From: a virus
IMG/VR virus record: IMGVR_UViG_3300031730_000001
Coordinates: 1-64,000 of that record
Direction: 5' to 3' (one strand)
DNA length: 64,000 nucleotides
Below are positions 47,239 through 56,566 of the stretch, one piece after another. The position numbers were made by a program, and so were the translations under genes. Below the pieces are notes generated by a model. It saw nothing but the letters and a program-made list of their open reading frames with translations. It made no database searches and was not told the DNA's origin. The stretch's first letter is position 1. The number at the start of each line of letters is the position of its first letter.

Positions 47239-47430
47239 ATGCAGCAGCCTACGGACAGAGCAGCCCCCGAAACAGAACCCGAACCACCGGACGAACCACC
47301 GTGCCCCTGCGGCAGCCGCGACCACCCTCCGCTGCGCATCGGCGACCAGCTCTCACCCAGCGGCGGCACCATAGGCCCCGTCTACGTGTGCCCCGCCGAA
47401 TCCGCCAACGGGCTCCGAGGTGTGCTGTGA
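47239..47430 (+). CDS. Small Cys protein
   Basis: CPCG...VYVCP; divergent from GntR gene. Confidence 0.5.
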   Translation: MQQPTDRAAPETEPEPPDEPPCPCGSRDHPPLRIGDQLSPSGGTIGPVYVCPAESANGLRGVL

Positions 47431-47606
47431 CCGCGCCCAAGCCGGGAGCCGACCGCGACGACATGTCCGGCGCCTGCCAGCTCGACGAGCACGGCTACTG
47501 CCACGGCAACATCGACCTCGCATCCGGGCCGGGGTCGGCCGTGCCGCTCCTGCGCTGCGGATGCCCCTGCCACCGTGACCGGATACGGATCGAACGGCAG
47601 CAGTGA
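47427..47606 (+). CDS. Small Cys/His protein
   Basis: MSGAC...H..C.G...CGCPCH. Confidence 0.5.
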   Translation: MTAPKPGADRDDMSGACQLDEHGYCHGNIDLASGPGSAVPLLRCGCPCHRDRIRIERQQ

Positions 47607-47787
47607 ACTCCCGGCCGCCGTGGACGGTGCGGCGGCCGGGGCTATGGCCAGAGGATCACAGCGGGCTAGATGTTCACACAGCTCACGAAGCCTCCGCAGA
47701 TATATGCAGTGGGCACACTTCCGCTACCGGTGGTTCGGTTGTTGACTCGGATTCAGCACCACGGCGCAGCCCTCGCCGAGCAGCGCC

Positions 47788-48033
47788 TTAGCTGGCCTTG
47801 AGGAGGTCGGAGATGGTCACGCCGATGACTCGCGCGATACGAAGCAGCATCTCCAGTGAAGGGTTCGCCCGGCCGGCTTCGATCTCCTGATAGAAGCTCC
47901 GGGCTGCGGGGACCGCCAAGTACACCTGCTCTTGGGTGAGGTCGTGGTCCATGCGGGCATCCCGGATGCACTTGCCGATGCGCCGGCGTTCGCGTTGGAG
48001 CCAGGCGTCGTCGCTGGGGGGATCGGGAAGCAC
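47788..48033 (-). CDS. XRE-family HTH regulator
   Basis: IG..IR.AR...LTQE...IEAG.ANPSL.MLLRIA. Confidence 0.85.
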   Translation of the reverse strand: MLPDPPSDDAWLQRERRRIGKCIRDARMDHDLTQEQVYLAVPAARSFYQEIEAGRANPSLEMLLRIARVIGVTISDLLKAS

Positions 48034-48198
48034 TCGACAAACGCTCTGACCTGCTTGATTATTAGTCAGCCCGGTGACACCGGGCATTTTATGATCTTGA
48101 GATGGAGTCCGATCCCCGCGCCGCTCCGTCGCGCCACCCCCCACCGGCAGCCCTGTGGTCCTGGCATATGCCGCAGGGCTTCAGGTAGTGTCCGAGAA

Positions 48199-48214
48199 TC
48201 GAACGCATGTTCAC
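48199..48214 (+). promoter_or_regulatory. Possible LexA box
   Basis: TCGAACGCATGTTCAC, 2 mismatches. Confidence 0.55.
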
Positions 48215-48371
48215 TCGAATGAGTGAACAACCGCATTGACCTGCAACCGTTAGGCAATACGGAAGGTCAGGCACCCAAGAACGTGCCGACGGGCCATAGA
48301 GGGGCGCCCTCCGTTGTGGTCGCCGGCGCGAGCGCACCCCCAGCCCAGTGGGCTGGGGGTGCGTGCTCATT

Positions 48372-48675
48372 TCTGGGAGTCTGGGAGACGGATTGGGAGA
48401 CGATCACACTGGCGGAACCCAACGAAACACCCAACGAATCCGACGGTAGCCAGAGAGAAATGGGCTCTATGCTGGAGAGACGCCAGATCGTCGCAGGTAA
48501 GGAAGGCTCAACGAAGAGTCTGGGGCGACGCGGGGGATCGTCTCAGGCGGGCGGCGTGAGGGCCAGCGGACGGTCACGCGGCCCCACTTCCCGCCCAGCA
48601 GGACACGCGTAGAGGACTGATCCCGGAGTCGTCAGAGTGATCTTCATTCTTGGGCTTGGGAGATTTCTGGGAGAT
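48372..48675. other. attP-like region with arm-type repeats on both sides
   Basis: TGGGAG(A) at 48374, 48382, 48394 and 48657, 48668; abuts integrase 3' end. Confidence 0.65.
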
Positions 48676-49948
48676 CCACTTGCGGTCCGCGCTCCGACCG
48701 GCGCGGGCGGGGCTCCTCCCACTCCCGGTGGTGGTCCCTCACGCCCGCCGAGGCCTCCCACAGCTTCTGCAGATCCGCCGCGATGTCCAGCTCCATCGGC
48801 AGCGTCGTGTGGCTGTAGGTCCCCTCAACTCCAGGGATAACGTGCCGCATCCGCTCCTCGACCGCAACCCGCGGGTGCTTCAGCTCATCGAGCCACACCT
48901 TCATGCTGTGGCGCAGCCCGTGCGGCACGATGTCCTCGATCCCCGCCACGGCCCTCATGTCCGGCAGTCGCGCAGGGCGGCCGAGCTTGTCCGGCGTCGC
49001 CGTGTGGCCGTCCACCCAGCGGCGCCAGATGTCCGTGTAGAAGTAGGCGCTCGTCGACATCTTCTTGCCGTTGGCCGAGGGGAACACCCAAGGCGACTTG
49101 TGCGAGGCCAGCACCTCTCCCAGTAGTTCGGCGAGGAACGGAGGGATGATCAGGCTTCCCGAGCTGCCGTACTTCGGATCCACCTGCGCCGGCTTGCCGC
49201 CCACGTACTGGTGCTGTTCCTCCACCAGCAGCCGGAAACCCTGCCCGTGGTCTTCGAGGATGAGGTGTTCGCGGCGCAGGCCGGCCGCCTCGGATATCCG
49301 GAGCCCGCAGTAGGCGATCGTGAGAACCAGGGCGTAGCCGACGATGCCGCGCATGGCGCGGGCGTTGCGGGCCAGCAGCAGGGCCTGGCGCGGGGTAGCA
49401 AGGACTGTGTCGTCCTTCTTCGGCTTGCCCTTGTACTTGCCGCGCCGACGGGCCTTCAGTGTGGGCACCGGGTTGTCGCCGATCACCTTCGAGGTGACGG
49501 CGTCGTCGAACATGACCCGCATCACCGACATGACGCTCTTTACGTACCGGGGCTTGTAGCGCTTGCGCAGCTGCTGCTCCCACGTCTTCACAGCGACCGT
49601 GGACACATCGGCCATGGCGGTCGGCTCCCACCTGGGGAGGATCACGGACCGGAGGCGTTGCCGGTACGTCTTGTCGCTGCGGTTGGCGAGCTCCACCGAC
49701 TCGATCCACAGTTCGGACCAGTCGCCGACCGTGATGCGGCCGTCCTTCGGGTTGATGAACTTCTTGCGGCGCACGTCGGTTTCGAGGCCGGCCGCATACT
49801 TCGTGGCGGCGTTGGCGCTGTAGAAGGGCTGCCCGAGATCGTCACGACTGACGGAGCCGTAGTTGATGCCGTCGGGCAGCAGGTAGCGCCCGCGGTATCG
49901 GTACTTGCGAGCCTTCTTGTCGTAGCCGCGCTTCTCTGGGTACGCCAT
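48644..49948 (-). CDS. int: Tyrosine integrase
   Basis: Arm-binding N-terminus; GLRISE, HGLRHS, MRH, GTYSH. Confidence 0.95.
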   Translation of the reverse strand: MAYPEKRGYDKKARKYRYRGRYLLPDGINYGSVSRDDLGQPFYSANAATKYAAGLETDVRRKKFINPKDGRITVGDWSELWIESVELANRSDKTYRQRLRSVILPRWEPTAMADVSTVAVKTWEQQLRKRYKPRYVKSVMSVMRVMFDDAVTSKVIGDNPVPTLKARRRGKYKGKPKKDDTVLATPRQALLLARNARAMRGIVGYALVLTIAYCGLRISEAAGLRREHLILEDHGQGFRLLVEEQHQYVGGKPAQVDPKYGSSGSLIIPPFLAELLGEVLASHKSPWVFPSANGKKMSTSAYFYTDIWRRWVDGHTATPDKLGRPARLPDMRAVAGIEDIVPHGLRHSMKVWLDELKHPRVAVEERMRHVIPGVEGTYSHTTLPMELDIAADLQKLWEASAGVRDHHREWEEPRPRRSERGPQVDLPEISQAQE

Positions 49949-50013
49949 CGGTCACCTCGCGCGTCGATCACTCGGATGGCAGAACTGTGGCATGGCGTGG
50001 GGGATGTTGACCA

Positions 50014-50229
50014 TCAGCCGGTGACTGCTCTGAGGGTGCGCAGGACTATGTCCTCGTCGACACGCCGCCAGCCTGCGGCGGTGGTGCGCAGTATCCGCTC
50101 CAGCGCACTCGCGCCGCGCTCGGTGATCAGCTTTTTGTCGATGTAGATCGTGAAGCAGTCGAGGCCGTCATCGATCCAGATCTCGACGTTGCACGGCATT
50201 CCGGAAACGCGCAGCACCCGCACAGGCAT
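50014..50229 (-). CDS. Small hypothetical protein between repressor and integrase
   Basis: RBS GGGGGA; globular ORF. Confidence 0.6.
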   Translation of the reverse strand: MPVRVLRVSGMPCNVEIWIDDGLDCFTIYIDKKLITERGASALERILRTTAAGWRRVDEDIVLRTLRAVTG

Positions 50230-50333
50230 AGGTCCCCCAAGACCACTGCGGGCGCCCTCCGTTGCGGATCCGCATATGACACCACACGTTTGAGTGGTGC
50301 GGGAGGGGATGTGCGCAATCCGTGTGCAGGCCG

Positions 50334-50891
50334 TTACGAACCGTTGGCAGCCTGAGGCTCGCCGTTGTCATCGTCGTCATCGGGAAGGCGACGCAGATTC
50401 TCTTCTGTCCGGCGCCAGGCGAGCAGCGCGTCCTGGATCTGCTGCGGCGTGGCGTCGGGGCTGCCGTGCACGACCACGGTCATGCGGGCGCCGTTGGCGC
50501 CGGGCAGCTGGATGACGGTGGAATCGACCAGGGGGTCGTCGGACTCCAGTTCGTCCACGATCCGCAGCGAGTACTTCCGCCGCAGCTTGTCCGCTTCCGC
50601 TCCGCCGCGGTCACCGGCCGGGACGTCCGAGGCGGGGATGGGCTCGCCGCCGTCGAGGACCAGGCGGCCCGACCCGGCTTCCCATCCAAGATGTGGCTCG
50701 ATCTTGGCCAGGGTTTGGGGCATACGGCCGCGCGGCTTGCCGGCTTCGAGGTTTTGGACGCTGCCCTCGCTGACGCCGGCGCGTTCGGCGAGCTGAGGCT
50801 GTGTGAGACCACGGCCTTCGCGTGCCGCCCGGATGGCGGTTCCGAGTGCGGCCCAGTGCAGCTTGGTCCGGTCCTCTGTCATGGCCCTCAT
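50334..50891 (-). CDS. Immunity repressor (XRE HTH)
   Basis: LG.AIR.ARE.RGLTQ.QLAERAGVS..SVQNLEAG; divergent from cro. Confidence 0.85.
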   Translation of the reverse strand: MRAMTEDRTKLHWAALGTAIRAAREGRGLTQPQLAERAGVSEGSVQNLEAGKPRGRMPQTLAKIEPHLGWEAGSGRLVLDGGEPIPASDVPAGDRGGAEADKLRRKYSLRIVDELESDDPLVDSTVIQLPGANGARMTVVVHGSPDATPQQIQDALLAWRRTEENLRRLPDDDDDNGEPQAANGS

Positions 50892-50949
50892 GATGCACCA
50901 CGGCTAGGCAACACGCACCCACTGAATCCCCTAATTGACCAGGATTGAT

Positions 50950-51166
50950 CGGTCTTTGGGTGGCTTTTTTGTTGCCTCGTTAGCGCCTCCTTGCGCTTGC
51001 GCCCCGCCTTCACTCCGACGCACTGCGTACATCTCTGGCCACAGCTCTTGACTGATGGCGACACCCGCCACCCAACGAGGCCAAAGAAAGACCCAACGAA
51101 ACCAACGGAACGCCTTGCGGATATCGCTTCGATGGGTCTACGTTGTGGCTCGTGAGACCCAATGGA
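50950..51166. promoter_or_regulatory. Lysis/lysogeny switch region with ACCCAACGAA-like repeats
   Basis: Copies at 51070, 51091, 51101, inverted at 50953 and 51128; TTGCGG-18 bp-TACGTT. Confidence 0.65.
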
Positions 51167-51406
51167 GCCGCAATGAAGGCCATCCGCGAGGCACGGGGGA
51201 TCAGCCTTCAGCGGCTCGCGAAAGACATCGGCAGAGACGTCGGCTTCCTCTCCAAGGTCGAGAACGACCAGCAGGGAGCGGGAGACGAAACCCTCCACCG
51301 CTACGCCGAACGCCTGAACGTGCCAGTCAGAGCCATCACCCACAAGGAGACACCCCGTGACCAGGAACGACCTGGCTCCCCCCACCCCGGAGACGAACCC
51401 GACTGA
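51152..51406 (+). CDS. Cro-like HTH protein
   Basis: AIREARGISLQRLA..IG...GFLSKVEN. Confidence 0.85.
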   Translation: MRPNGAAMKAIREARGISLQRLAKDIGRDVGFLSKVENDQQGAGDETLHRYAERLNVPVRAITHKETPRDQERPGSPHPGDEPD

Positions 51407-51695
51407 CCGCCCCGAGGTCGACGAAGCAACGCTCACACTCCGCCTCGCCGAGGCCGTAGAGCAGCTCACCGTCAGGCAGACGGCCGCCGACCTGGAACTC
51501 CGCTGCTTCACCCCCGCACAGGCCGCCGACATCCTCGGCAAGGGCGAGTGGTGGGTCCGCGAGGCCATCCGAGACGGCCGAATCCCGTACACCACCGTCG
51601 GCAAGTCGCCGCGACTCACCGCCGCCCACATCCGCTGGATCCAGGCGAACGGCGAGCGAGTGCCCAACCAGTACGCCAAGCCCATCACCGCCTGA
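51357..51695 (+). CDS. xis: Excisionase-like HTH protein
   Basis: FTPAQAADILG...WVR.AIRDGRIP...VG...R. Confidence 0.8.
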   Translation: MTRNDLAPPTPETNPTDRPEVDEATLTLRLAEAVEQLTVRQTAADLELRCFTPAQAADILGKGEWWVREAIRDGRIPYTTVGKSPRLTAAHIRWIQANGERVPNQYAKPITA

Positions 51696-51799
51696 GACGG
51701 CAAGCGGCCCCTTCGCCGGTGGATCAGACCGGCAGCCGGGGCCAGCGGCCAAAGGCCGCGCGATCCACCCACACCAACCATGAACAGAAGGGCGAACCG

Positions 51800-52240
51800 T
51801 TGCCTGACATCGTCTCATCCGCCCCCGAGGTCAAGCGAACCTCACCCGTAGTTGAGCTGCGGGATGCGGCGGCGAAGCTCCGCAAGCACGTGAAGCACGC
51901 GACCGAGGGCCCGTGGGTCACCAGTTCCGTCTGGTCGCCGCGAGCCACCTCGACGAGCGCCGTCTACTCCCACGCCCACCTGGCTGGGTCGATCGAGTCC
52001 GAGGTTGTGGCTTCGGGTCGGATCCGGTCGGGCTACGGCGGGATCCGTGAGCCGTGGAACGCCGAGTACATCGCCCTCATGCAGCCAACTGTCGGTGCTG
52101 CGCTGGCCGACCTGTTGGAGCTGGAGGCCGACGTCATCGAGGCGCGGATCGTCGAGGAAGGCTCGGACGAGTTCGCGGTCGACCTCGGCGGCGACCACGC
52201 GCTGACCATCGCCCGCCTCATCAACGGCGGTGCCAAGTGA
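51800..52240 (+). CDS. Hypothetical protein (ATxGPW...NAEYIA family)
   Basis: Resembles 59260-59664. Confidence 0.7.
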   Translation: MPDIVSSAPEVKRTSPVVELRDAAAKLRKHVKHATEGPWVTSSVWSPRATSTSAVYSHAHLAGSIESEVVASGRIRSGYGGIREPWNAEYIALMQPTVGAALADLLELEADVIEARIVEEGSDEFAVDLGGDHALTIARLINGGAK

Positions 52241-53055
52241 CAACGCCGATCGTGTTCACCTTCCCTGAGACCGCACAGCACGTGCGGTCCGTGATGGTCG
52301 ACGGCGAGCCGTGGTTCGTCGGCAAGGACGCCTGCGATGGCGTCGGCATCGTCAAGTATCGCGACGCTCTCGTTCAGCTCGATGAGGACGAGAGGGTGTC
52401 CATGGCCGTGGACACCCCTGGCGGCGCCCAGCAGATGGTGCTCGTATCCGAGGCCGGCGTGTACGCCCTGCTGCTCATCTCTCGCTCGCCGAAGGTGAAG
52501 CCGTTCCGCCGCTGGCTCACGCACGAGGTGCTGCCCGCGCTCCGCCGGACCGGCTCGTACTCGGTTGAGGTGGCCCCCGCCTTCCCGGTGCCGCGCACTC
52601 TGCCGGAGGCGCTGCGGGCCTTCGCCAACGAGGTCGAGGCCCACGACGAGACGAAGCAGCGCGTCGCCGAGCTGGAGCCGGCTGCTGCCGCGTGGGACAA
52701 GCTCGCCGCCGCCGATCAGGACTTCTCGGTCCGGGAGGCCGCGCACATCCTCAACCGCGACCCGCACATCGAGACCGGGGAGCGTCGCCTGTTCGCGGTG
52801 CTGCGCGGCATGGGCCTGGTCGACAAGACGGACCGCCCGTACCAGAAGCACACCGCGCACGTCCGCCTTCGCCCGCGCTCGTACACGAACCCGGTCACGG
52901 ATGAAGAGACCCCGGCGAAGCCGCAGGTCCGCGTGACATTGCAGGGCATCGCCTACCTCCACAAGCGGCTCGGCGGCGCGGTCAACGTGCACCGCCTGGT
53001 CGCCGAGGAGCAGCTGGCCCTGCCCGCCTCGACCGGAGCGGAGATCACCCGATGA
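52237..53055 (+). CDS. Antirepressor, BRO-N plus KilA-C/ANT domains
   Basis: DGEPWFV.KD.C...VSEAG.Y.L...SR.P...FRRW.T.EVLP; VT..G. Confidence 0.9.
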   Translation: MTTPIVFTFPETAQHVRSVMVDGEPWFVGKDACDGVGIVKYRDALVQLDEDERVSMAVDTPGGAQQMVLVSEAGVYALLLISRSPKVKPFRRWLTHEVLPALRRTGSYSVEVAPAFPVPRTLPEALRAFANEVEAHDETKQRVAELEPAAAAWDKLAAADQDFSVREAAHILNRDPHIETGERRLFAVLRGMGLVDKTDRPYQKHTAHVRLRPRSYTNPVTDEETPAKPQVRVTLQGIAYLHKRLGGAVNVHRLVAEEQLALPASTGAEITR

Positions 53056-53206
53056 GCGACTACCCGAATTCCGACATGGACCCGTTCTGGGTCGAGCAGC
53101 GCACCAGGTTCCTTGCCGAGCGGAGCACTTGCGCCGAGCCGAACGCGTGCCACGCAGCCGTGTGGGCCATCGGCCAGTACGACGCCGCCCGTCAGGCGGT
53201 GTCGGT

Positions 53207-53476
53207 ATGACGGGGCGCCGCGAGGTCCGTGTGGTCCTCCACCAGCCCGCCGGGTCCGTCCCGCACGAGTCGGCCTTCAAGCACACCGACATTGACGGCG
53301 ACCGGCTCCTGATCAGCACCGCGCTGTTCGACGACGGCACGCCCGGCATCTACTTCCGCACCGACCCCAACGGGTCGTCCATCACGTTGGCCGAACTCCC
53401 GGGTCTCATCGCCCAGTTGCAGGTCATCGCCGACGCCTCCCAGGCGGAAGCGGACGAGGCGGAGGCCACGTCATGA
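53207..53476 (+). CDS. Hypothetical protein
   Basis: Coupled overlaps, codon bias. Confidence 0.6.
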   Translation: MTGRREVRVVLHQPAGSVPHESAFKHTDIDGDRLLISTALFDDGTPGIYFRTDPNGSSITLAELPGLIAQLQVIADASQAEADEAEATS

Positions 53477-53682
53477 CCCGCCCGGTCGGCCGCCTCGACG
53501 TCCCGCTGCCGACGCTGACCGAGCGCCTGAACCTACTGCTGGCCGACCCGCTGGCCGGTGTCCACGGCCAGCACGCCACATCCGGCGAGGGCGCCGAGAT
53601 GCGGCATCTGCTCTACGACGCCGACGACGACGCATCGACCCCCGCCTTCCCGTATCCGACCGCCCAGGAGGCGTCGAAGTGA
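53473..53682 (+). CDS. Hypothetical protein
   Basis: ATGA overlap. Confidence 0.6.
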   Translation: MTRPVGRLDVPLPTLTERLNLLLADPLAGVHGQHATSGEGAEMRHLLYDADDDASTPAFPYPTAQEASK

Positions 53683-53888
53683 CTGCGATCTCGCTCCTCT
53701 CCATCAAGGTCGACTCACCGCCCGAGCAGCTCAGCCTCGACCCCGAGTACGGGCTGCTGCTGCGCCTCGAAGTCGGCGTCCACCTCGACCTGTCGGACGC
53801 ATCGGAAGCGACCTGCCGCGCCATGGCCCGGCTCCTCATGCAGGCGGCCCGCATCAAGGCCAGCCAGACGCTGAAGCAGGTGGCGTGA
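53679..53888 (+). CDS. Hypothetical protein
   Basis: GTGA overlap, RBS. Confidence 0.6.
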   Translation: MTAISLLSIKVDSPPEQLSLDPEYGLLLRLEVGVHLDLSDASEATCRAMARLLMQAARIKASQTLKQVA

Positions 53889-54082
53889 TGGCGACCGCCG
53901 TAGACCCCCGCCCGCTGGCCGATCTGGCGATGGACGCCCTCGTCCGCGTCGAGAAGGAGATGGAACGCCGTGCGCACGGTGTCCGACCGTGGCCGATCGC
54001 CGACATGCTCGACCAGAACGCTGCTGAGCACGCCCGGTTCGAGATCGCGCGCCGAGTCCGGCTCGGGCGGGTGGCGGCGTGA
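53888..54082 (+). CDS. Hypothetical protein
   Basis: TGATG overlap. Confidence 0.6.
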   Translation: MATAVDPRPLADLAMDALVRVEKEMERRAHGVRPWPIADMLDQNAAEHARFEIARRVRLGRVAA

Positions 54083-54324
54083 CCATTCTCCTCGACGGCA
54101 CCGCCATCGACCTCGACCGCGTACAGGTCGCGTTGGATGGCTCCCGCTGGCTGTGGACGTGCGAGCACAGCGAGTCCGGTCAGCCGCTCATGCAGCGCAT
54201 CGACCGGCCGCACACCGTGCCCGCCCCGCTCGCCGACGTGTACCAGGCGCACGGGCCACTCGCCGCACAGGCCGCACCCACCACCGCCGCCATGTACCGG
54301 CAAGTCATGGAGGCCGCCTCGTGA
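54079..54324 (+). CDS. phiSA1p31-like small protein
   Basis: DLDR...DG..W.W.....GQPLM...L.DVY..HGPL. Confidence 0.65.
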   Translation: MTILLDGTAIDLDRVQVALDGSRWLWTCEHSESGQPLMQRIDRPHTVPAPLADVYQAHGPLAAQAAPTTAAMYRQVMEAAS

Positions 54325-54572
54325 GCGGCGGAGAACTGGGCCAGTCCGTAGGGGCGGTTAGTGCGCCCACCGCCCGGCAGGCCCGCGCTGCGGCCGTGCA
54401 CTGCGCGGACCGGATCGCCGCCGAACACCGGCACCCGCTCGACGACGTCATGCCGAAGCGCGCCGGCCGGACGCTCGCCCAGGACCCGGCCATCGCCGCT
54501 GGGGTCCTCGAACTCCTCAACGTGCTCGGGCTCGTCACCACCAAGCGGCAGCCGGAAGGAGCCGAGTCGTGA
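54321..54572 (+). CDS. Hypothetical protein
   Basis: GTGA overlaps. Confidence 0.55.
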   Translation: MSGGELGQSVGAVSAPTARQARAAAVHCADRIAAEHRHPLDDVMPKRAGRTLAQDPAIAAGVLELLNVLGLVTTKRQPEGAES

Positions 54573-54793
54573 TCGGCAACATCATCCTCGGGCTCGCCCT
54601 CGGAGTCCTCGTCACCTCCGCAGTCAGCTTCGGGCGCTGGACGGCCCGCCGCGACATCCGCCGCCAGGACGCCCGCGAAGCGGCAGCCGACGCCACCGAG
54701 GTCAGCATCGCCGAAGCCACCGCCCGGGACTTCGCCGACAGCGACGCCGCCGGATACATCGACCGCACCGGACTGGAGAACGACCGTGCCTGA
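54569..54793 (+). CDS. Small membrane protein
   Basis: N-terminal TM. Confidence 0.6.
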   Translation: MIGNIILGLALGVLVTSAVSFGRWTARRDIRRQDAREAAADATEVSIAEATARDFADSDAAGYIDRTGLENDRA

Positions 54794-55151
54794 CACCGCC
54801 ACCGGACCGACCGATACCGAGATCGCCGAACTGTGCGACCAGGCCGCCAACGTCATCGACGCCAACGGCCACTGCAAGCGGGACCTATACGACCACAAGC
54901 AGGCTGCGGGCGGCACCAGGCTCGCCGACTGCCGGGTCGACATCATCGGCGCCCTCAACATCGCCGCCCACGACACACCCGTCTACACCGGCCGCGACCT
55001 GCGCGTGTGGGCGGCAGAGCAGGCCATCCTCGCCCGGATCCCGGAGGCGGCGATCGTCACCTGGAACGACGCCCGCGGCCACGGCAAACGGGAAGCGATG
55101 AAGCTGCTCCGCGACACCGCGGCCGGCCTGCGTGCGGGGGTGGCCGCGTGA
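54786..55151 (+). CDS. DUF6197-like protein
   Basis: AA.VI...G...IIGAL...WND..G. Confidence 0.7.
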   Translation: MPDTATGPTDTEIAELCDQAANVIDANGHCKRDLYDHKQAAGGTRLADCRVDIIGALNIAAHDTPVYTGRDLRVWAAEQAILARIPEAAIVTWNDARGHGKREAMKLLRDTAAGLRAGVAA

Positions 55152-55660
55152 TGGCGCTCCTGCAAGACGTGCGCACAAAGGCGAAGCACCGCGGCCTCAC
55201 CCCGTGGCAGCTGGTGCAGAAGATCCGGCGGATCGAAGGCGAACTCGACGAGACCACCTGCAAGAACATCGAGCTGGCCACCGAGAACGACGAGCTGAAG
55301 GCCGAACGCAACCAGCTGGAAGGCGACTTCGATCAGGCCGCCATCGACCTGTCCGGCTGCCGCGAAGACCTTCAGGCCGCCGAGGCGGAGATCGACTACC
55401 TGCGGAAGCGACTCGCCCCGTTCCTGGCGGCCGACGCCAACGAGAACGCGGTCACCGTGCCGCCGATGGTGCGCGACACCGCGGCGATCGAGGACCAGGC
55501 GACCGGGCCGATCTACGTGCAGACGCTGTGGGACGCCCTCGGGGTCGGGCCGACCGCCGCAGTCACCGACCCCGGGCGCCTGGCGCCGGCTTGGGCGCGC
55601 AGCGAGGACGACACCGCGCCCGTGCCCGTCGTCGAGCCGGACCCGGCCACCACCCCCTGA
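55151..55660 (+). CDS. Coiled-coil hypothetical protein
   Basis: Heptad helix, TGATG overlap. Confidence 0.7.
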   Translation: MALLQDVRTKAKHRGLTPWQLVQKIRRIEGELDETTCKNIELATENDELKAERNQLEGDFDQAAIDLSGCREDLQAAEAEIDYLRKRLAPFLAADANENAVTVPPMVRDTAAIEDQATGPIYVQTLWDALGVGPTAAVTDPGRLAPAWARSEDDTAPVPVVEPDPATTP

Positions 55661-55764
55661 TCGTCCGGCTGGCCGGTGCACCCTCCCGGCCAGCCGGCGC
55701 CCAACGCAAGAACCCCGCCGAGGTGAAGTCGGCGGGAGTCCACCACCAAGTCTGAGAGCAAGCG

Positions 55765-56409
55765 ATGACGACGACAAAGCCACCGTGCGTCGAGTGCGGC
55801 GCGCGCATCACCGGAAAGCGAGCCCGCGGGCGATGCCGCCCTTGCTATAAGCGCCTCTACAAAAGGCTCAAGCGTGAAGGGACCTTCACCTCTTTGGCGG
55901 GCGCACCTCGCCCCGGCGCTCCGCTACGTGAGCGCCTGCTGTCCAACATCGACAAGACGGACACCTGCTGGTGGTGGACCGGTCACGTGGCACCCAAGGG
56001 GTACGGCGTGATCTACCTGAAGGGCAAGTCCCTCTATGCGCACCGGGTTTCCTACGAGACCCATATCGGCCCCATACCTGAGGGGCTCGTGATCGACCAC
56101 GCCTGCCACAACCGCGACGAGCAGTGCGCTGGGGGATTCGGCTGCGTCCACCGCCGTTGCGTAAACCCTGGGCATCTCGACCCCGTTACCGACGAGGTCA
56201 ACCGGCAACGGGGTCGCGGAGGGGGAGCGGCTAACCGAACCAAAACGCACTGCATTCGCGGCCATGCATTCACTCCGGAGAACACCGAGCGCCAGGCGCC
56301 GAGCAAGCCGGGCGGCCGTGAGCGCCGGCGCTGCCGCACCTGCACCCGAGCAAACAAAGACCGTCGTCGTCGTGCGAAAGCAGCCCAGAAGGCCTCGGCC
56401 ACCGCCTGA
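55765..56409 (+). CDS. HNH homing-type endonuclease
   Basis: CW.WTG...GYG...AHRVSY...IDH.C...CVNP.HL...THC..GH. Confidence 0.9.
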   Translation: MTTTKPPCVECGARITGKRARGRCRPCYKRLYKRLKREGTFTSLAGAPRPGAPLRERLLSNIDKTDTCWWWTGHVAPKGYGVIYLKGKSLYAHRVSYETHIGPIPEGLVIDHACHNRDEQCAGGFGCVHRRCVNPGHLDPVTDEVNRQRGRGGGAANRTKTHCIRGHAFTPENTERQAPSKPGGRERRRCRTCTRANKDRRRRAKAAQKASATA

Positions 56410-56566
56410 CCAACAACCCCATAGCTGGCCGCCGGAGTCCCCCCAACTCCGCGGCCTCCCAGGGTCGCCAGCCCTGCACCACCCCCCGGTCGGGGCTGGC
56501 GACCCGCCCTCAGTGCACCCATTTCACGCAGAACACGCAGCTCAGAAGCGAACAGGAGCACCAGAA

